Assembly: GCF_006345805.1 (NCBI RefSeq)
Contig: NC_043008.1
Span: forward strand, 8,308,001-8,372,000
DNA from: Octopus sinensis
Taxonomy: Eukaryota
Reading direction: 5' to 3'
Length of the DNA: 64,000 nucleotides
The notes below the pieces were generated by a model. It was not told the DNA's origin. It made no database searches and worked only from the letters and a program-made list of their open reading frames with translations. Shown here piece after piece: positions 54,474-64,000 of this stretch; within the stretch, counting starts at the first letter, position 1, and each line of letters opens with the position of its first letter. A program made the position numbers and the translations under genes.

Positions 54474-54907
54474 TATATAGATATATATATATATGGAGGG
54501 GGGGAGTTTTATAAGTATGTAGATTTGACTTTATCAAAGTATTTTTCCATATCCGAATATTGAAGAAAAGTTTTCAAGATCTGACAGCTACACTCAAACT
54601 ACTGGAGAATGGTAAAATTCTGAATCTAAAAATATATCCTGCAACATAAACCATTGTACAAAAAGAATCGAAGTAATCCTTTGGTTGTAGATGTTTTTTT
54701 TATATTGTTCATATCATGAAACCGTAATGACATTTTGGACGACAACTGACGAGGAAAGAGTACACCAATGTCTTGCCTTTGAACTTTACATCCGTTCCCT
54801 TGTACTACTAATACATCTGAAAATTTCACTTTCACACTCTTTCTATCACTTTCTCTCCCTCTCTCTTTCTCTCTTCTCTCTCTCTCTTTATATATATAGA
54901 TATATAT

Positions 54908-54955
<48 letters not shown>

Positions 54956-54959
54956 TTAT

Positions 54960-55140
54960 TTCCGTCTTCTGTCAATGCTGTTTTAGCTGTTACGGTTATG
55001 ACTCTTGATCCAGTTTTCCTTCCCAATATTTCCTCTTTCTCAAACTTATTCACAATCTTCTTTGTGGTTCTTGAATGGACTTTGACGATGATAGAAGCCA
55101 GTGAATGAATGGTGATACCATAATTGAAGACATAGATCAT
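54960..55140 (-). mobile_element. Possible Tc1-like transposase HTH fragment
   Basis: YGITIHSLASIIVKVHSRTTKKIVNKFEKEEILGRKTGS resembles the IA..V..S..TV..IV.KF...G...RK.GSG pattern; short and unconfirmed. Confidence 0.35.
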
Positions 55141-55364
55141 CGAACCATATCAACATTACACATTTGGGAAGATTTTGTGAGGCTGGTACAAAACAATTTC
55201 GGCCTGTTCTCTGTCTAGCTAATATCTCAATGGATATTCCATTGTCTCTTGCCAAAACTGGTGTCACTACGTTTGGAAAAGATGAAATATTGCAAATCGA
55301 TTAGTTTGTTGGTTACAAGAGTTTTAAGAATTTCTAAATTTGGCAATTTTGCCGGTATACCCGG

Positions 55365-55441
<77 letters not shown>

Positions 55442-55443
<2 letters not shown>

Positions 55444-55654
55444 AAAAAAGCAACAAGAATGGATTAAAATCTTGGTACAATTGTTTCGTACGAGGAGATT
55501 GTACCGAGATTTTAATCCATTCTTGTTGAATTTTTCCTTTTTGTAATCACCCAACTTGTCGTCTGGTTAACACCATATAGATTTCCGGTGCATCCTAGTT
55601 AAGTACCATATTCATGTGAATTCATTAGAATTCACTTGAATCTCAATTACTTAA

Positions 55655-55657
<3 letters not shown>
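55442..55657 (+). mobile_element. Fold-back element between (TA)n tracts with a 31-bp-arm hairpin
   Basis: Arms 55451-55481 and 55498-55528, 30/31 Watson-Crick plus one G-T pair; a further nested hairpin at 55597-55656. Confidence 0.7.
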
Positions 55658-55702
<45 letters not shown>

Positions 55703-55853
55703 CTCCATTTATGTTTAAAAATTAAACTTGTTTTACTAATAATTACACAATGCATATCTATATAAAAAAAACTGCGGTATTTACTCAATTTGTTTCTGTA
55801 TTTTTCATATATAGAATATATACATATATATATATATAAATACACACACACAA

Positions 55854-55895
<42 letters not shown>

Positions 55896-55896
55896 A

Positions 55897-55943
<47 letters not shown>

Positions 55944-56164
55944 AGCAGCGGCGGTATATTCAGCTCTGTTAGGTAGAAGGAGAGAGTGAGAGAGAAAAGT
56001 GAGACAGAGGAAAGCCAATACATATGCCAAAGAACAAAAAGCAGTGAAAAGGGCAATAATAGCTAATATTATTTCTGTGACCCACCAGGGAGAAATTATG
56101 TGTGTGTGTATATATATGTATGTGCGCTAAAGGCTAGAGTGCGTGCAAATATACATGCATATAC

Positions 56165-56198
<34 letters not shown>

Positions 56199-56934
56199 CC
56201 AATCAGGCAGCCATTTGAAGATTAAGCTCATAAAACCTTATTAATGAGAAACAATAAAAAAGTATCTTAAAAACTCATACTTTTCCCAGATGGCCAAAGG
56301 TGGTTCCATTCAATCAATCAATGTCAGATTTCTGTTGACATTTTGACATAAAAATAAAAAAAAGAAATATTTCGATTCCACTCGCTCACCACTTTTCTAT
56401 TTCTCTAATCTTTTCCCCGTGTCTCCCTCTCTCTACGTCTCTCTCTCTCTCTCTTTATCTCCCTCACTCGATCCAATTTATCTCACCTTGACTCTCAGTC
56501 GCCGTATTGTTTCCAGTGTATTTACTTTGCTCATAACATTAAATAGTTTCTTGACTTTTATTATGAAGTTGATAGTTGCACACAGAATCCGTTTGATTCC
56601 GTGTAGAGAACCTAGATATCAGATCATTATTCTAATTAACGTCACCGGTATCGGTTTACGCCAATTATGTTAACGCTTGTTCATTATTATACAATCAGTG
56701 TAAATTTATACGGGATTTTAAAAGACCTTCAATAACTAGTCTGGAAGGATTGTTGGACAAAATCTCATTAGGGAAATTTCAAAATGACATTCGTCACCAA
56801 GTATGTATGAATTGGTAAACATGAACAAATACACCGAAAAATTAATTAACGGTCCCAATCTAATAGCATACAGTAAACGGTAATTAGAGTTAGATTTACA
56901 TACACACTTACACAAACACGGATGTATACATATG

Positions 56935-56999
<65 letters not shown>

Positions 57000-57000
<1 letters not shown>

Positions 57001-58660
57001 CCAAGTGAAATACCATGACGAAAACACAAAGCAAAGTTCATCGAAGCAAATCTCAGACAAAAAATATCCGATTTTTAAGGCCAGGACAACAAACACTGGA
57101 ATGAGAATTAAAAAACAAGAGGAAACATAGCTGAAGCTACTGAACGTATAGACTCTAAAAGAATTAATTTATCTAAATGAGGTTAAGACAATGATGAACT
57201 CCAACGTTCAGGGAACGTGTTGAAATTCACGCCTATGCCGGCAGTTAACCACGAAGAATTGGAAGAGCATATCCAAAAATTCAGTCGGTGAATTCTTTGC
57301 TAATAAAAGTAATGAAACTGATGAATCCCTAGTAAGGAATAAATTAAAGTTCACCTCAACTAAATGAAGAAATGACTATGTCGACCAATGCATTGTTATC
57401 CTGTCTAAATTTCCCCTGAGACACAATACTAATGTTAGGCCAGATATTAACAAATCAGGGAGATCTGCACTTTAACGCCTACGAAATGATAACACAATAA
57501 TCATTAAACCAGTAGACAAATGAGTGGCAGTCATAATGTATGTCGAATACTACAGGGATTTAGTTGAGGACACAATATTCTATTGGGAAATGCATTCAAA
57601 TATAGACCACCACATTATGAAGAAGATCAATAAACTGGTTTCAAAAACACAATTCCTTTGCTAATAATGAAAGAGACGACACCACCAGTTGCGAACCAAA
57701 ACACTGCAACTTCTATGGCTTATCAAAACTACACTTCAAAAGGAATTCAGCATGCAGTAAAGGAAAAAGAAAAGGAGTACATAAAATTAATATACCCTTA
57801 CACATATTATGGCGGGTCCAGAATGCCCTACCCACTGTCTAAGCAATCTTATTGATATTATTTTGAAGCTATTATGCAATCACATCAGAGGGGACATCAA
57901 ATTCCTACCCAACCTTCTCAAAATAACGGAATCGAATTCCCTTTTTCTTTGTTTTGATGTGCTTGGGTTTGATGGTTTAGGAATATAGGCGATTAAATAC
58001 TAGGTAGAAAAACATAAAGTACTGATTCCTAGTAGATTCAGCGTACATCATATATTAGACGCAGTCAAACATTTACTTGAAAATGACATTAATTTTCAAT
58101 GGAAAGAATTACATCCAAATTAGAGGCAAAACAATGGGAACGAAATTTGCACCTGTTTATGCGAATTCCGTAATGGGATGATTAGAAACAGACCTTTATC
58201 AAAGAGTAGAGGAAAACTACGGCACTTAATTTAAAAGGTATATTGACGATACTTGGAAGAGATTCTTTGAGGATAGCTTCAAAATCTGGACAAAATTTTT
58301 AGATACTCTGGAAGAATTTTAAAATTTACACCCAAACCATCAATTTACAAAGAAAATGTGTACCATTTGTAGACATAACGGGTAATTAAAAGTGACACAC
58401 CATCACCACTGATATATACTATAAACACAGACACGCATCAATCGCTGGACATCAATTCGTGCCATCCAACACATGCAAAACGCAATATCCCACACTGCCT
58501 AAACAGAAATATTTGTGCCATTTTGGAAGATATGAATACCTGAGTCAACCGCCTAACAGAACTCAAAGACTTTCTACTTAAACAAAAATACCCCACTCTA
58601 CTTAAAGATAATGGTATACAGCGTGCTATGGAAATATCAACTCATCAGTATACAATACTT
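57000..58660 (+). mobile_element. Penelope-like element, decayed reverse-transcriptase ORF (no GIY-YIG domain seen)
   Basis: Plus frames give INLSK...VLKFTPMP, LRNDNTIIIKPVDK*VAVIM (57479-57538), NFYGLSKLH, IMAGPECPTHCLSNLIDIILK, TMGTKFAPVYANSVMG*LE (58131-58187), WKRFFEDSFKIW, TDIYYKHTDTHQSLDINSCHPTHAKRNIP, LLKQKYP. Many stops and frameshifts. Confidence 0.9.
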
Positions 58661-59298
58661 AAATCAGCGACGATCAAAATATCGCCGCGCGTTCAGTTAT
58701 ATTTCAACGCCCGTTTACACTTAATCGCGCACAAACATTCGCTTCATATCCTGCGAGCAGTCCTCCTCATTGACGATTTGAATTATACAGTTTCATATCG
58801 ATACTCAATGCCCAGGGCTGTGTTTCATCAGTTTCTCCAAGCGGAGGTCTTTTCATGATTTACAATAAACAAACGTAATAGAAAACAACTGTATAGAACC
58901 ATATATCATATATATATTTGTAAGAAACTCCAGACTCTTAGATTGGAGCACTTGTGTGTTATCTATACAATCAAAGACCGTTATAGACATATCTGATTTT
59001 TGTTAATGTAACACATGTAACTCTGAGATAGCTCTATCTAGAAATACACACGGATGTATATTCTAATATCTGTAAAAATAGATTATGTTGTTTGGTGTAT
59101 ATTTAAGTGCTAAGCTGTTGAGATGTTTTAAGTTAACCCTGCTTTATTTTATCACTTGTTATCGTAGCATTATCTTTCATAAATGAATCACATAAACTAT
59201 TGTATCTGTTTTAATATTTGAATTAATCTACGTAGAGTGTTATGCATGTGTCAGAGGTCGAGAGACGGGTTATAGCAAGTGAAACAGAATGCAAAAGC

Positions 59299-59705
59299 AG
59301 GAGAGGAGGAGGAGGTGGATGGGTAGACAAAGAGGGAAAGAAGGAGAAGAAGAAGAAGAAGGAGAAGACGAAGAAGAAGAAGAAGACGAAGAAGGAGGAG
59401 GAGGAGAAGAAGAAGAAGAAGAAGAAGACGAAGAAGAAGGGTAGAAGAAGAAGAAGGGTAGAAGAAGAAGAAGGAGAAGAAGAAGAAGGAGGAGAAGAAG
59501 AAGAAAAGAAGAAGAAGAAGAGGAGAAGAAGAAGAGAAGAAGAAGAAGAAGAACAAGAACAAGAAGAAGAAGGAGGAGGAGAAGAAGAAGAAGAAGGAGG
59601 AGGAGGAGGAGAGAAGAAGAAGAAGAAGAAGAGAAGAAGAAGAAGAAGAAGAAAGAAGAAGAAGAAAAGAAGAAGAAGAAGAAGAAGAAGAAGGAGGAGG
59701 AGGGA
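59299..59705. repeat. About 400-bp polypurine (GAA/GGA/GAG)n tract
   Basis: Direct reading; ORF 59242-59766 is its K/E/R/G translation. Confidence 0.97.
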
Positions 59706-60572
59706 AATCTCAGAAACTGTAGAGAGCTTAATAGACTACTTTATTGGAATGGTTTATAAATTTTGAATCAGTTTTTTTTTTATTGCATTTATTTGAAGCT
59801 ATCAAATTGTATTGAATTGATTTAACTGCCGTTTGAGAAAATATTTCATGTAAAATGTTTTAGATTATTTTAGAACAAAAGCTGATGAAAATTCAGCGAA
59901 GTGGAGACAACTCATCCATTGCGTACTAGGATTGTTATCACTTCTTCATTACTGCCTCTACACTTCGTTCTCCTCTACTACCAATCTAATAATAGCAAGA
60001 TCACTACTACCGCATCCACAGCTGCTGCTGCCGTCGCTGGTTCTGCTGTGTTACTGCTGCTGTATTTTTTTTTTTGCTATTATTTTTAATATTTATTACT
60101 TATATCATTAATGTTGCCACTTGTGTTATGCTGTGTCCGTTACTCTTGATATTAATGCAACTGTTTGTTTTCCCAAATGGATGTGAAATGTCATATTAAA
60201 TTCGAGATAAATCAATACAAACAGAACGACGTCGAGATAGAAATGATTGTACTAACTTCACGAGTTATCCTATATTTATAAACAGACAAAGGTTACAACA
60301 CTCGTAGACTAACCGATGATTCTGTGTGAGTTTTGATGGCTAAATATAGCTATGTAATTAAATATTAAACGGAATAAATATATTTAAAACAAAAAAAAAA
60401 AGACTATAGTCGTAGTAATCAGATGATTGGAAGAGCAATGTTATGGCGAATCACTGACTGAACTTAACATTTGAAGTCAAATTCGGAAGGGTTGTGAAGA
60501 ATTCAAATCATCAGAGTTCGCGAGATAAAAGTGTGCGTATTTCTCTATAACATACATAGTACGTAAATAGAT

Positions 60573-60630
60573 AAACACACACACACATACACGTATATAT
60601 ATATATATATATATGCATACATATATGTAA

Positions 60631-60663
<33 letters not shown>

Positions 60664-60762
60664 CTATATATATATATATATATATATATATCTATATATA
60701 TATATATATGTACATATATATATGATATATATATATGAATATATATATATATTATATATATA

Positions 60763-60813
<51 letters not shown>

Positions 60814-60816
60814 ATA

Positions 60817-60905
<89 letters not shown>

Positions 60906-60985
60906 TATATCTATATATATATATATATATATAGATATATATATATATATTGTACATATGTATACGCATATATATGCATATACAT
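60573..60985. repeat. Long interrupted (TA)n tract
   Basis: Direct reading. Confidence 0.95.
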
Positions 60986-60994
60986 GATTTTTAT

Positions 60995-61361
60995 TCTTTT
61001 ATTTCTTTTGTTTGTTTCAGTCATTTGACTGCAGCAACGCTGAAGTATCGTCCCCAGAAATTATTCTTTGTAAGCTGAGTACTTATTCTATCGGTCACTT
61101 TTGCCGAACTGCTATATACGGGCTATATTACGGGGACATTAACATAAAAAGCGTTAATGAGGGAACAAAGACAGATACACAATCATAAACATATATATAA
61201 ATACGACAGGCTTCTTTCTGTTTCCGTCTATCAAATCCACTCACAAGGCTTTTGTCTGCTCGAGGCTATAGTAGAATACACTTGCCGAAGTTGCCACACA
61301 GTGGGACTGAACCCGGAACCATGTAATTCTTAAGCAAGCTACTTACCACACAGCGACTCCT

Positions 61362-61365
<4 letters not shown>
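60995..61365 (-). mobile_element. SINE family B copy whose head abuts (TA)n
   Basis: Collinear with other B copies. Confidence 0.9.
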
Positions 61366-61412
<47 letters not shown>

Positions 61413-64000
61413 CAGACATAAATATATTTAGGTATGCTATGTTTTGTTAAGAACATGGCAGAGTACAGCATAAAGCTCGTCCACCTTCATATTTACCATG
61501 TACTGTCCAGTGGTAGTATTATACGCATATCCAAGTTTGCGTTCGGGCATCTGTTGTGTGTGAATAGATAATTAGAAAAAAGTTTGAGTCAACAAGATGT
61601 TGCGATAAATAAACCACGAGGCGAACAATCAAAACAACACGGGCGGCCTCCTTCCCTGCAACTATCGTACTCATTTTTCCCTTGGAAATGTTGAATTAGT
61701 AACGATGTCATTAAGTGAATACACTCCAGTCTTCCTGTATACGACTGTGTTGTGTCAGTCAATCATAGAAAAATATAAAAGAAATGAGAAAAGTATGTTT
61801 ACATATCTGGACTTGTGAGCTATGGTGGATTAAACAATAGAGTCGTGTTTATGATTAATGGGTTTTAAAAATATTGAACAGAATTTAAAATGTAATATGC
61901 CGTGAGTAGATATTCTTTCTCTGGCCTTTGTTTATTATTCGTGTATTTATTTACTTCTATGAATTTCATATGTAGTATAGTATTTGAAGGGATTATGTGT
62001 AATTTCTTTCTTTTTATTATTTTGAGATACAATGTTTATGGAAATATATTTTGAAGTTAGATTTTCTAGTAGTGAATCAGAATCAACTCTTGATACGTTT
62101 TTTAAATGTGGATTTAGATATCGATTTTATGGAAAAGAGATCATGACAACGCAGTGACAAACTATACAATGTTTAAAGGTAATGTTTTTTTTTTACAAGA
62201 GGAAATTTAAAAGTTAAAAATTATTTGAATATTGATTAATTAAAATTAAAGTCAGGTTGAAATTTATTTCAAAATTCTAAGAAAAATTGTTTTGGAAATC
62301 ATAATTCAAGAAATGAAAAAAATTATATTAAACTAAAGAATTTGAAAAAGTTCATGTAATAATTTAGAAAGAAATAATTAACAAGTGTATTAGCTGCAAA
62401 ATTCCAATACTTCCTTAACTGCGATAGAATGTGTGTGATATGCTTCATAAATTTCAAGTTAATGTTCTTATTTGTAGGTCGTTTAACATTATCAGGAAAG
62501 AAGTTAATGTAATATTAAGACGCTAACAAGCAAACATATATAAAAAAGATGCAACATTATAAATATGGAAAGGGCATGTTTTGTGGGGATCATATGTGTA
62601 TAGGGCTTAATATTTTGCCAAATATACTTCCACATACAGAATCTGTGTGTTACTACATGGGTTGTCGATCGACCTATAATATTCTATAGGCATCAACATT
62701 GCAGATAACGGCGTTTCTTCTTTTTACCTTCAAAAACTTTCAAACATAAAGTATAAGACTATCAGAATCCAAAAAGAGGTAAAGGGTGTGCAAATAGAAT
62801 CCTCTCAGCGTCTCTTTAAGTGCTTTATGTTTCTGAAGAAGTACATATTTTTTAAGAATGATATAACCTCTAATGAAGAATTGTTTCTCTATATCACAAA
62901 ATCCCTCTAAAACATCAGCCGTACACTATAAGAATACTGCTTCGACATTGAAAAATGTTACACAGAAATCGAAATATTTCTATCATAGATAATTTTGTCT
63001 ATTTCATACTTCGTAGTTAACGACGAACACACTTTTCAACCCCCACGTTCTGAAGTATCTTCTAACGCCCTACAACCATGCACACTGAAAGTGATCTCTG
63101 AATATTAACAAACCAGCAACATGCAATTACTTATGTTCAATTTATTCACCGAAACGAGAGTGGTCGTTACATATAGAAAATGAATTATTTCCAAACAGAT
63201 TCAAATCTACAGCTACCACTTTAGATAAAATATGTAAATATTACATTTTATTTCATATCTTTCTGTATACATAATTTCTTTAGTTTAACAGATTTTAGTT
63301 TTCATTTCCAGGTTTGAAATAATTCAAAAGATATGAGCTAACGCAGCATTTAATGTACAATTATTTGTTTTTCTTTCGTGAGAATCACGTGAATATTTTA
63401 ACAATTTTTATTTAACTAAATATGTTTTTATACAACGGTATTATCTGCGACATCAGATTAAGTTTGACGTAAATAAAAGTTGATCAAATGTTAGGAGATT
63501 TTGTTGTTAATTCATTTATTTTCATTTTTGTTACATTTCTAAACGAATTATATTTTCCATTTTAAAACAATGGATTAAAATATTAAAAACATATTCATTA
63601 GACCTGCGAAATATAATTCCACATAATTTAATTAAATTTCTTTTCCTTGAAAGTTAAAGTGCGATTGTAAATCTCTGCTCAATGTAAAAATAAAAGTGAT
63701 AAAACAAAATCAGGGAAAAATTCATACATTTGTTTGGTTTTTATATTTCTAATTTCAAATAAATCACGTTCATGGTCCCAGTTATTCATTTTTTTCTACA
63801 AAATTGAGGTAATCTAATTAAATAATATTTAATTTTCTTGTAAATATAAACATAAATCCAACTTTAATGGCCTATGTAGTTTAGAAATTATGTTTTATTA
63901 CCTAACCTACCTGCTAATGATTCCCAATGTAAATTTTGTGTGTTTATTATTAAGTAAACCATTTCATTTTGCTGTGATAAAACCTTAACGTAAATCGAAT

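Noticed and set aside
54746-54790. CTGACGA core
   Set aside because: Followed by GAAC rather than GAAA, and stem II does not close.
57479-58187. In-frame TGA codons in the PLE ORF as selenocysteine (some PLE clades encode selenoproteins)
   Set aside because: The TGAs fall where G (DKG) and an aromatic residue (MG.LE) are expected, and the ORF has many other stops and frameshifts, so ordinary decay explains them.
58790-58831. Minus-strand CTGATGA...GAAA near the PLE end
   Set aside because: No stem II or stem III pairing.

Overview
Eukaryotic, very AT-rich, repeat-dominated genomic DNA with one 100-N scaffold gap (42495-42594). From memory the SINE repertoire and microsatellite load look like an octopus (coleoid cephalopod) genome; this is inference, not a database result. 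I cannot support any intact host protein-coding gene. Most ORFs in the supplied track are translations of (TA)n, (TG)n, (TTA)n or (GAA)n tracts. Recognisable content: three tRNA-derived SINE families (about 20 copies, some with target-site duplications, one nested); four R4/Dong-type LINE fragments; a 5'-truncated RTE LINE; a decayed Penelope-like (PLE) reverse transcriptase; Tc1/mariner relics, one internally inverted; two short non-autonomous Helitrons; many microsatellites. The main unexpected signal is a set of type I hammerhead-ribozyme folds in several sequence-unrelated short elements that mostly abut (TA)n tracts. Two have intact cores (51972-52048 minus, 24851-24911 plus). Others are variant or decayed, and two share an 8-nt variant core with covarying stems. 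The best one sits in a 566-bp unit bounded by a 25-bp direct repeat, as expected for a PLE pseudo-LTR or retrozyme-like element. All folds were derived by hand and are untested.
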